Positions 29,227 to 36,537 of a stretch of 52,993 bases of DNA are shown piece after piece (within the stretch, counting starts at the first letter, position 1; each line of letters starts with the position of its first letter). Source of the stretch: a virus (taxonomy: Duplodnaviria > Caudoviricetes). The position numbers were made by a program, and so were the translations under genes. A model generated the notes under the pieces. The model did no database searches. It was not told the DNA's origin and was given only the letters and a program-made list of their open reading frames with translations. The stretch covers positions 1-52,993 of IMG/VR virus record IMGVR_UViG_3300049793_000140. The stretch is one strand, 5' to 3'.

Positions 29227-29910
29227 TCAGTTTGGTACTTCTTCCCACAGCAGCCTCCCGGAGACAGTATGCGTTGTCACCGAGATGGTATTTAAGAGTG
29301 CCAGTACGCCTCCAGGCGGCACAAACAAAGAACCGTCGAATGCTTGGACACCCGAAACCGATGGCGTCGGAGTCGCTGCAGCTACCGTTGTGGTTAACAG
29401 TCCGCTTGCAGTGTTAAATTCTGCTGCCTCGAACACCACCAATGGAGTGGTCGCTGCCAGTCCGGTAAGCAAACTCGCGGTTGAAAGCGAAAACGCCTTA
29501 GCTTGGGAACCGGTGCTCGCCAAAGTTTTTCGATTGAACGGGGACAGTCCCGCCGTCAAAGCGGTGACGCCAATCGCGGAAGCCCACACAAAACCCCCGA
29601 GGGCTACAGATGTCACGTTATTGATAAAATCCACCAATGCTGCCTGGAGGATGGCTAAGGTCACAGGCGAGGTCGGAGGATTCCACACTCCAACTATGGG
29701 CTGAGAAGTAGCATCCAGCGCGATGGTCGCTGCCGCCAAAGCAGTCGGTTTACAGCCAATCGAATAAACATTCCCGCGCAATACCTGTTCATAATATCGC
29801 CCGTGCAGGTGCTGCAGGACTAGTTCGCCGGAACGGCCCCCGCGGGCAGTGCCCACCGAGCCGTCGGACAGAATTTGCGGCCCCACCTGGTATTGAATTT
29901 CATAGTTCAT
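29227..29910 (-). CDS. Putative virion structural protein
   Basis: 227 aa Ala/Thr-rich beta protein in the structural operon. Confidence 0.6.
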   Translation of the reverse strand: MNYEIQYQVGPQILSDGSVGTARGGRSGELVLQHLHGRYYEQVLRGNVYSIGCKPTALAAATIALDATSQPIVGVWNPPTSPVTLAILQAALVDFINNVTSVALGGFVWASAIGVTALTAGLSPFNRKTLASTGSQAKAFSLSTASLLTGLAATTPLVVFEAAEFNTASGLLTTTVAAATPTPSVSGVQAFDGSLFVPPGGVLALLNTISVTTHTVSGRLLWEEVPN

Positions 29911-30113
29911 AATGGTTTGTTGAATTCTCCGGGCAGTTCGATTCCTTGCGCGGCCAGATAGGTTGTCAGCAGGTTAAATCTTTCGCTCAGTTCATCCACC
30001 CGATCTGCCAACGGAATGTCCAAGTCATCCCCTGCTTGCAAACGCTGGGTTATTGGCTGGCCGATAGCTCCGGTTTTGTCGTCAGCAATGACAAGGGGTT
30101 TTTGTGCGCTCAC
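29907..30113 (-). CDS. Small virion-module protein
   Basis: N-terminus (KPLVI...QRLQAGDDLD) resembles that of the 161-aa neighbour; coupled at both ends. Confidence 0.65.
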   Translation of the reverse strand: MSAQKPLVIADDKTGAIGQPITQRLQAGDDLDIPLADRVDELSERFNLLTTYLAAQGIELPGEFNKPL

Positions 30114-30595
30114 AAAAGGACAGGAGATTTTATATTAACCATCAGTTCGGTTGTGCTCAAAGCGATGCCCAATTCTACGACATATTGCCCAACTGCTGTT
30201 GGAGCCGTTGCCGTCGCTATGCCAGCCGTAGCCGCCGAAAGATAGTAACGGGTTTTAAATGTCAGACCCCCAGTGGTTCCGAACACCGCATCCCACTGAC
30301 CTGTGGTGGCCGTTAGGACACCATTGACCAAAACCATTCCCGCTACTGCATTGGTAATACTAGCCTGCTGAACCAGGCCGATAACATCCTTGGTTCCGCT
30401 GGCATCAGCCTTGGCCTTCTTTACGCCATCGGCGACATCGTTGTAAACGGGGGTGCAAATAACAATCGCTCCAGCTTCGTCATTAGTCTGACTGACAACA
30501 TCCCCACCTCCAACCGCTGTAACATCGAGCGTGTCGGTTGATTGTAATTGCTGAATCTGACCCGCGTTGACGACTAATGGTTTTCTGAGAGCCAT
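30110..30595 (-). CDS. Capsid decoration/cement-like protein
   Basis: KKAKADA...VIGLV...G...YYLS...G...TAPT...VVELGIALS pattern. Confidence 0.6.
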   Translation of the reverse strand: MALRKPLVVNAGQIQQLQSTDTLDVTAVGGGDVVSQTNDEAGAIVICTPVYNDVADGVKKAKADASGTKDVIGLVQQASITNAVAGMVLVNGVLTATTGQWDAVFGTTGGLTFKTRYYLSAATAGIATATAPTAVGQYVVELGIALSTTELMVNIKSPVLL

Positions 30596-30599
30596 GGTA

Positions 30600-30932
30600 T
30601 TATAACAATATCGGTTGTTCGAGTTCTACGATCACCGTTGTTGCTGATTTTGCCTTGCCAACTTTTTGCACCCATCCGCTCGTTGGAGGAACGCTGGATA
30701 AGGTCGTTCCATTGATGAAAATAGGATCTCCAGCAGTCCAACCCCAGGATCTATTCTCCATTTCACCAATCAGTTTTACAGGTCCAGAAAAACCATTGAG
30801 AATAGTTGCCAACGCTATTCCGGCAACCTTTCCGACCTGAGACAACACCCCTGAATCAGCTTTCTTTCCAGTAATTGTTATCCCCGTAAATTGCGGGACA
30901 ACCTCTGTTGCAGTTATGGTGATTTCCAACAT
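30600..30932 (-). CDS. Capsid decoration/cement-like protein (paralogue of 30110-30595)
   Basis: C-terminus WVQKVGKAKSATTVIVELEQPILL resembles YVVELGIALSTTELMVNIKSPVLL. Confidence 0.6.
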   Translation of the reverse strand: MLEITITATEVVPQFTGITITGKKADSGVLSQVGKVAGIALATILNGFSGPVKLIGEMENRSWGWTAGDPIFINGTTLSSVPPTSGWVQKVGKAKSATTVIVELEQPILL

Positions 30933-30938
30933 GGGTTT

Positions 30939-31262
30939 TTATCCAAGCCATTTTTCCCAGCCGCCCAGCGCGGGCCGAATTACGGAATTTGGAATGATGT
31001 TTGAAACTCCATCGTCAGGCAGATTGTTGGTGGCATTGTAAAAGAAAAAACCTCCGCCAAGACCATCATTCCTGGCATTCAATCCATAGACCATTGCTGG
31101 CATATCATCAACCAGGACGGTTACTCGCGTTTCTTGCCGAAGAAGATCGATGTAGTCGTAGAAATTAATGCCGCTTCCGCCGCCGCCGCTCGGCAAATCA
31201 ACAATTTGAATCGGGCAGCATGGCGTGCAGCAATCGGATGGCGTGGGGAGAATCGAACTCAA
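30939..31262 (-). CDS. Small Cys-tagged protein with tailspike N-terminal-like domain
   Basis: DCCTPCC N-terminus and GLNARNDGLGGGFFFYN....DDGV..I.P...GW motif; TTG start. Confidence 0.65.
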   Translation of the reverse strand: MSSILPTPSDCCTPCCPIQIVDLPSGGGGSGINFYDYIDLLRQETRVTVLVDDMPAMVYGLNARNDGLGGGFFFYNATNNLPDDGVSNIIPNSVIRPALGGWEKWLG

Positions 31263-31291
31263 TTGACACCTCCTGCAAAAGGTAGTAAAAC
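31263..31291 (+). promoter_or_regulatory. Sigma70-like promoter antisense to the late operon
   Basis: TTGACA-17 bp-TAAAAC upstream of the plus-strand HTH ORF. Confidence 0.55.
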
Positions 31292-31351
31292 AGAATTGCC
31301 ACTACCCTGTATGAAGCGGCCGATGGCGCGACACATTAACCCTGTCTTAAT

Positions 31352-31579
31352 ATGCAAGCCCCTAATGGATCGAATCGGGACACTGTTCTTTATTGCCCGC
31401 AGCAGCTTCGACGCCCAAGGAAGCTTTCTCCGGATCAGGTCAGGAAAATACGAATTATGAAAGGGCCACATAAGTTCATTGCCGACCGCTTTGGAATAAA
31501 CAAGGCATACGTCTCGATGATTAAAAGTGGAAAGGCAAGAAAGCATGTCAGGCAGCCCTATTGCGATACGCCTCAGTAA
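31352..31579 (+). CDS. Stand-alone HTH domain of the type found C-terminal in HNH homing endonucleases
   Basis: KLSPDQVRKIR...IADRFGINKAYVSMIKSGKARKHV. Confidence 0.7.
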   Translation: MQAPNGSNRDTVLYCPQQLRRPRKLSPDQVRKIRIMKGPHKFIADRFGINKAYVSMIKSGKARKHVRQPYCDTPQ

Positions 31580-31799
31580 GCCGAGAGGTGATCCCTTCTT
31601 CCGTCCCCAGATCCTCCGGCTCGCTCTTGGCCGCTTTGCCTTCCTCTTTGATCGCAGAGTCTCCGATTTTCACAATGCAGAGTTGCCCGTTGGATTTGAG
31701 CTTTAGAGTGCAAATATCCTCGAAGATCTCCCCTTCGTTAAGACCTTCAGGAACGATGTAGTCCGATGGGGTTTTGAATTCTGGATAGGAAGCGCTCAT
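31548..31799 (-). CDS. Hypothetical acidic protein
   Basis: 83 aa, ATGA-coupled to the upstream fibre gene. Confidence 0.7.
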   Translation of the reverse strand: MSASYPEFKTPSDYIVPEGLNEGEIFEDICTLKLKSNGQLCIVKIGDSAIKEEGKAAKSEPEDLGTEEGITSRLTEAYRNRAA

Positions 31800-32908
31800 T
31801 GCAATGCGTGATAATTGTATTTGTAGGTCGTAGACCCGGCTAGGCCCAAGGATACCGCATTGTTGATCACGAAATTCGTTGTGGTGCTAGTTACATAGGG
31901 AAGAAAAGTCAAGGCACTTGAAGTAGCGCTTGATGGCCATAATACGACGTAAGGCGCAGTGCTGTATGCCACATTAAAAGTAATAGTGACGATGGCTGCG
32001 TTGACGACGGGGGTCAGCCCCGAATTAATCGTCACCTCGCCGGCAAGGTCGGTGCCAGAAATCGAAGCCGAGGCACCACTTACACCTGATCCTGAATTAG
32101 TCGAAACAGTGGGAACTAAACTCTTGCCCACAAGATGCGTCAAATACACGCCGGTTACATTCGAATTTCCAATCGTCGCTGTGTTATTGCCGTTGCCGAT
32201 TGCCCTTTCCCCAATGACAATTTCATTCGTTCTATCCACCGCAGAAGGAGCGGACAAATAACCTATAAATACATTCGCTTCCCCAACAGTATTACTAAAC
32301 CCTGCTTTCCAACCTAAAGCGGTATTGTTTTTAGCTCCATCTGTCCTAGAGAGCGCCGAATTACCGTTTGCTGTATTATTATTTCCAGTGACAAGAGCTA
32401 CCAAACAATTCAAACCTATAGCATTATTTTCACTTCCAGTTGTAAGTGCAAATAATGAACGATATCCAATCGCAACATTGTTATTCCCACCATTAGCCAC
32501 TTTTAACGACTCGACTCCAAGAGCCGTATTTGCTTGAGCAGAACTTTGAACGCTTAACGAATTCAGTCCTAGCCCGACATCAAAAGTGGTCAAGTAAAGA
32601 CTCGTGTTGGTTGCGTTGAAGCCGAGCCGATTAGTGAAGTTGGAGTACAGAGGGGAATTCCCGAAGATCGTAGCGCTCTGTCGATACGGAAGATAGCCAT
32701 CACTGGGATTGATCGCCGTCGAGGTTGGAACCGATAACTGTCCCGCGCCGTTTACGTATGAGCTTGTATTGCCAGTCAATCCAAGCGAATTAGTGATGGC
32801 CGACAGCGGAGGAACAGCATTCGTCGTGTAGGCATTACGCCGTATCGGAGGAGCCGCAAACGCTGAGAAGGACATCACTACAAACCAGAACCACAAAAGC
32901 TTTTTCAT
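31796..32908 (-). CDS. Secreted fibre/adhesin-like protein with YadA-head-like repeats, 370 aa
   Basis: Start moved to MKKLLWFWFVVMSFSAFA|A (ATGA overlap with the 84-aa ORF stop); NTALG/NNAIG repeats; shares INPSDGYLPYR and TNEIVIG..A.GNG.NTATIGN with the 1759-aa protein. Confidence 0.82.
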   Translation of the reverse strand: MKKLLWFWFVVMSFSAFAAPPIRRNAYTTNAVPPLSAITNSLGLTGNTSSYVNGAGQLSVPTSTAINPSDGYLPYRQSATIFGNSPLYSNFTNRLGFNATNTSLYLTTFDVGLGLNSLSVQSSAQANTALGVESLKVANGGNNNVAIGYRSLFALTTGSENNAIGLNCLVALVTGNNNTANGNSALSRTDGAKNNTALGWKAGFSNTVGEANVFIGYLSAPSAVDRTNEIVIGERAIGNGNNTATIGNSNVTGVYLTHLVGKSLVPTVSTNSGSGVSGASASISGTDLAGEVTINSGLTPVVNAAIVTITFNVAYSTAPYVVLWPSSATSSALTFLPYVTSTTTNFVINNAVSLGLAGSTTYKYNYHALQ

Positions 32909-33159
32909 TCTGCAATAATGTTTACCCACCCAGTGTTTCCAGTCCCACTCACCTTGTTCCACACACCTCCAAGAGCAGTCGTGTAAACAGACCCTGGACT
33001 TGCTGTGACGACTCCGTCGGGACTTCCTACCCCGAAGTAGGTGCCAGTCCCAGGTCCTCCACCCTGCCCGCCAACACCCAGGTCTACCAACTTCCACAGA
33101 CTGCGCTGTTCGCTGTCGCCGGAAGATGAAGTGTTTCCTTCTGGTAGCCAACTCGGCAT
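32905..33159 (-). CDS. Small virion-module protein (PEGN motif plus GSP..GW fibre module)
   Basis: MPSWLPEGNTSSSGDSEQRSLWK followed by GSPDGVVTASPGSVY...KVSGTGNTGW. Confidence 0.75.
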   Translation of the reverse strand: MPSWLPEGNTSSSGDSEQRSLWKLVDLGVGGQGGGPGTGTYFGVGSPDGVVTASPGSVYTTALGGVWNKVSGTGNTGWVNIIAE

Positions 33160-33160
33160 G

Positions 33161-33355
33161 TTAGCTCCTTAGCGCGTCAATCTTCTTGAGCAAACGCGCC
33201 TCGTCGTCGCCAGGCTGAGGCGCCGTCCCTTCCGGGAACATCGGCATGGCCCTATGACCACCCGAGGATTCGAGCAGAGAGCACCATTTCTGGAGGCTTC
33301 TCCACTCAGAATCACCTGGTTGCGCCGTATTACCTTCTGGAAAGTACCAGGGCAC
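33161..33355 (-). CDS. Small protein made of two PEG...GD.E.R.L.K repeats
   Basis: MPWYFPEGNTAQPGDSEWRSLQK and MPMFPEGTAPQPGDDEARLLKK. Confidence 0.75.
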   Translation of the reverse strand: MPWYFPEGNTAQPGDSEWRSLQKWCSLLESSGGHRAMPMFPEGTAPQPGDDEARLLKKIDALRS

Positions 33356-33363
33356 GTCGATGC

Positions 33364-33747
33364 TTACGATGCCCCTGGGCCGATGCCGACTTCGTTAATG
33401 TCCACGTCGGCACGCCAATTGATATTCGTAATCGCCGCACCAGTAGCCCGCACGCGAATATCCTTCCCGCTCGCATCAAGCGTGCAGTCCCAAGCTGCAT
33501 TCGATTCCAGGCTCTCAACGGCAGTCGTTGCTCCAATCTGAACCAACGTTCCCGCCGCATTCGTGATGAATGCCGCAGTTCTGCGATAGGCTGCGCCTTG
33601 AGTCAGATCCTGATTGATCGCCTGGACTCGCGCCGTAATCTGATACATCTTCGACGGCGCTGTCGTGAATGTCGAAATGTCTGTAACTGTCGCATCGGCA
33701 GTAGTGATCCACTCCCCCAATGCTTGTACCGTGTTGTGCTTTGACAT
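33364..33747 (-). CDS. Putative capsid decoration / minor head protein, 127 aa
   Basis: Directly follows the MCP; beta-rich; start moved to MSKHNTVQ. Confidence 0.65.
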   Translation of the reverse strand: MSKHNTVQALGEWITTADATVTDISTFTTAPSKMYQITARVQAINQDLTQGAAYRRTAAFITNAAGTLVQIGATTAVESLESNAAWDCTLDASGKDIRVRATGAAITNINWRADVDINEVGIGPGAS

Positions 33748-33778
33748 ATTCTTTACTGTTATTTTGTTAACTTGCGTG

Positions 33779-34969
33779 TCAGTATGGGCATGAGGTAATA
33801 AGATTGCATGATGGGTCACAACGGAGATGGACGAATGCCACTCCACGCTCGGGCGAGGCTGGCATCGGAGCTTCAGCCAATATCCCTCTATGATAGAGGA
33901 TGTTTTTATCCGGGTTGCAACGTCTGTCCTCGATATTTTTCACTTCCCATTCGCCGGCATAGTTCACGGGATCGAAGGTGAATTTGGGCGCGGGATTTGT
34001 GATCGGCCGGGGAATAAGGGAGGTGTAAACTGTTGGATCGAAAATCACGGTTTCTTCATATGGAGCAACCCGATATGCAGGTCGGAGTACGGCCTTTTGG
34101 CCCTTTGAAGCAGACGCCAGTATAAAAGGCGGCACTTCGGTTAAAACGCCGCCCTCGCAAGTGAAGCGCCGGGGATACGGATCGATGACGTGGATGAAGC
34201 CGCTGTAAATTCTCTTATTAGTGAGAAATGGCTTCAGCAATTCATTAGGTGTTGCCCATCTGATGTCTTGCCGGATGTCGGGATTCAGAAAAATGAGGTT
34301 TCTGGATGTTTCCCACGAAGTGAGTAAAGTCAGCACTGGATAGCCATTGTCCGTCGCGAGAGCGCCTTCCTCGGCACCGTCCCTGATCAATTGTGCTGCA
34401 TACCTATCAAGAATTCCCTGAGTGAGAATTGATGTTGGACACCCGGCTGGATATGTGAGTGCGCCAGTTGTCGATTCCGTAGGTGGACACCCGTCTACGA
34501 CAACCTTCGTCTGGCACAAGCGGGCGTAATTATGCCGATAGCGGTTTTCCCACAACAACCGGCTGTATTCGCCGAGGATCTTCGTAATCGCGTTAAGCTG
34601 CTGCATCAGCTCGAACGGACCGCGTAATTGTTCAGCACAGAAGTCCGGGCCTTCCAGAGCTATTCTTTGCATGTTGAAACTGCGGGTCGTCGAAGCAACG
34701 CCAACCTTGGTTACCGGTGGAAGACACATGCCGCCTTCTCCACCGTCCATACTGGATAGAAGAACATCCTGCCACTGTGGTTCTGCATCGGTTGGTGCGG
34801 ATCTCTCGTACGTCAGAACATTCCATGAATCACCCATTCCTTGAGGCACAACGCCTCGTGGTTGAAGACGAATGATTGGTGACCGAGCGAAGTATCTAGA
34901 TCGGATTTCATTTGCCAAATAACGGCCAGATTCCTGGGTCGTTACGGCGGTAATTGCTGTGCAACTCAT
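33779..34969 (-). CDS. Major capsid protein, 396 aa, Cys-rich
   Basis: Size, position downstream of portal and scaffold, own consensus promoter, HK97-like layout; start moved to MSCTAIT. Called by synteny, not by search. Confidence 0.8.
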   Translation of the reverse strand: MSCTAITAVTTQESGRYLANEIRSRYFARSPIIRLQPRGVVPQGMGDSWNVLTYERSAPTDAEPQWQDVLLSSMDGGEGGMCLPPVTKVGVASTTRSFNMQRIALEGPDFCAEQLRGPFELMQQLNAITKILGEYSRLLWENRYRHNYARLCQTKVVVDGCPPTESTTGALTYPAGCPTSILTQGILDRYAAQLIRDGAEEGALATDNGYPVLTLLTSWETSRNLIFLNPDIRQDIRWATPNELLKPFLTNKRIYSGFIHVIDPYPRRFTCEGGVLTEVPPFILASASKGQKAVLRPAYRVAPYEETVIFDPTVYTSLIPRPITNPAPKFTFDPVNYAGEWEVKNIEDRRCNPDKNILYHRGILAEAPMPASPERGVAFVHLRCDPSCNLITSCPY

Positions 34970-35164
34970 AAAAGACAAAAACGGATTGGTTGAAAATCCT
35001 TGAACGAAACGCACGCGCGAGACGTGGACTTTCGTAGTTTTGTCTCTGGCCGGAAGACTATGTGGCCGATTGCAGTCGGCTCGGGCTGCTACCAACAGAG
35101 CCTAGGATTTGAGGAAGGTCTGGTCGGGACCGGGAGGACCGAAGTTTTTATTCCATCAATCTGA

Positions 35165-35497
35165 TTACGAAAAGTAGCCTTTAAGCTCAGAAGTGTCAAG
35201 TATGAATGGAAACACCTGCCGCATGACTCCGTTCTCTTGGACATACCTTTTTGGATATGGCGTGAAGATTGTCATGGCACCAAGTTTCTCACGCGAGTGC
35301 ACTGAATACTCTTGAATTCCATTTGCGAATAAATAACCCATCTCATACGGAGCATTCACGTATGCAGGATTTATCAATATGCGCGCAAGTGGCTTGCGCT
35401 GAGCCTTCCAAATGCGCTCGTACGTCCTGGCAGGCGGCAGCACTGTGAACCCGAACAAGGCGAGCGCGGAGTTTTTAAGGAAGTTGCGTCGGTTCAT
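35165..35497 (-). CDS. Twin-arginine-signal protein containing two permuted MCP-like segments
   Basis: MNRRNFLK plus hydrophobic stretch; INPAYVNAPYE and PYPKRYVQENGVMRQVFPFIL match MCP segments. Confidence 0.8.
   Translation of the reverse strand: MNRRNFLKNSALALFGFTVLPPARTYERIWKAQRKPLARILINPAYVNAPYEMGYLFANGIQEYSVHSREKLGAMTIFTPYPKRYVQENGVMRQVFPFILDTSELKGYFS
35171..35199 (-). promoter_or_regulatory. Sigma70-like promoter for the capsid gene
   Basis: TTGACA-17 bp-TACTTT about 200 bp upstream of the MCP ATG, inside the 3' end of the Tat-protein gene. Confidence 0.7.
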
Positions 35498-35521
35498 AGC
35501 CTGGAAACATTGATTCGTTTG

Positions 35522-35629
35522 TCATAATTTCTCAATCGCAATCTGATACCCACGCATAAGCTCATCGTATTTGCCTTTGTAGATTGCGAGGAAGGCGTCT
35601 ATTCCTGGTCCTGGATTTATACTCGCCAT
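35522..35629 (-). pseudogene. 35-aa duplicate of the methyltransferase C-terminus
   Basis: 35522-35617 matches 35804-35899 at 83/96 nt; reads MASINPGPGIDAFLAIYKGKYDELMRGYQIAIEKL. Confidence 0.8.
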
Positions 35630-35765
35630 GATCTGGAAGCTGAAAGCTCCATAAACACTTTCCCCCGCCAGCTTACGACTGGCGGGGGATTAAATGGGGG
35701 CGAAGTTCAATTGAATGAACACTGCCCCGTTCGAGTGCTTCTAACAGAGTGCGCGGGCAACTAAG
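35630..35765 (-). ncRNA. Candidate structured RNA or leader (unassigned family)
   Basis: Hairpins ggggc..gttca/tgaac..gcccc and tcccccgccag/ctggcggggga (GUAA loop), enclosed by aagcact/agtgttt; upstream TTTACA-17 bp-GATACT. Confidence 0.4.
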
Positions 35766-35803
35766 GTAAAGTATCGGGCTTTCTGTAGCGAATGTAAAGA
35801 TGT

Positions 35804-36373
35804 TCATAACTTCTCAATCGCCACCTGGTACCCCCGCATGAGTTCGGTGTATTTGCCTTTGTAGATCGCGAGAAAGGCATCTATTCCTGGTCCTGGATTG
35901 TCGAGAGGATTTGGCATATTCTTCCAGAGATAGTCGTCAAAGATCAGGATTCCGCCTGACTTCAATAGGCGCCATGACAGCACAGCATCTTCCAGCACTC
36001 CTTGTGAGCGATGGTCCCCGTCAATATAGACAAAATCGAACAGGATAGAGGCGTCTCGGAGGCCCATCCATGATGGTTGCTTGCGCAATTGTACCCGATA
36101 CTTGAATTGCTCGATGTTGCTCAGAAAGCGATCTTCCGCTCCAGAAACATCCACCTTGAAGTATTCATGATCCTTGCCGCCCTCGAAGTGATCGATGCAA
36201 ACGATCTTCGATGATCCATGCGTCAGAATATTTTCAAGAAACCATACCGTAGAACGACCTTCGAAGGGACCGATTTCCAATGCCCGGATATGCTCCCCGC
36301 CTTTGAACCGTTCCAACAGCGTGGTTAAGCCTGCGATGTTACCGGTAAACCAATCGTATTTGAACTCAGGCAT
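35804..36373 (-). CDS. Class I SAM-dependent methyltransferase (Methyltransf_24-like)
   Basis: ALEIGPFEGRST, FDFVYIDGDH and LKSGGILIFDDY motifs. Confidence 0.9.
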   Translation of the reverse strand: MPEFKYDWFTGNIAGLTTLLERFKGGEHIRALEIGPFEGRSTVWFLENILTHGSSKIVCIDHFEGGKDHEYFKVDVSGAEDRFLSNIEQFKYRVQLRKQPSWMGLRDASILFDFVYIDGDHRSQGVLEDAVLSWRLLKSGGILIFDDYLWKNMPNPLDNPGPGIDAFLAIYKGKYTELMRGYQVAIEKL

Positions 36374-36375
36374 TC

Positions 36376-36537
36376 TCAGTGCAGCCGGCGTTTAACACGC
36401 TCCATAGCTCCGAGTGCCCTCACCGAATCCACCGAAAAGAATCTCGCGATCTCTCCAGCCTTAACAGATGTCCTGCCTGCTTTTCGTAATTGCTTAAGCC
36501 TTTTAAGCACGTCTTCGTCATTCAGTTTTTTTCTCAT
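36376..36537 (-). CDS. 53-aa basic HTH-like protein (MRKKLNDEDVLKRL...)
   Basis: Fills the gap between the two methyltransferases with ATGA coupling; below the ORF-track cutoff. Confidence 0.55.
   Translation of the reverse strand: MRKKLNDEDVLKRLKQLRKAGRTSVKAGEIARFFSVDSVRALGAMERVKRRLH

Noticed and set aside
31259-31546. 95-aa minus-strand ORF
   Set aside because: Likely the shadow of the plus-strand HTH gene and its promoter; no recognisable features.
32909-33151. N-terminal extension of the 451-aa ORF (also the listed extensions of the 514-, 438-, 160-, 186-, 145- and 120-aa ORFs)
   Set aside because: They overlap other credible genes or promoters; downstream starts give stop/start coupling and intact signal peptides or domains.
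35630-35765. Hammerhead or other known self-cleaving ribozyme
   Set aside because: A three-stem layout is possible, but the CUGANGA core is absent; I could not assign any known family by eye.
35522-35899. Diversity-generating retroelement TR/VR pair
   Set aside because: Mismatches are mostly synonymous third-position changes, not adenine-specific, and no reverse transcriptase is encoded.
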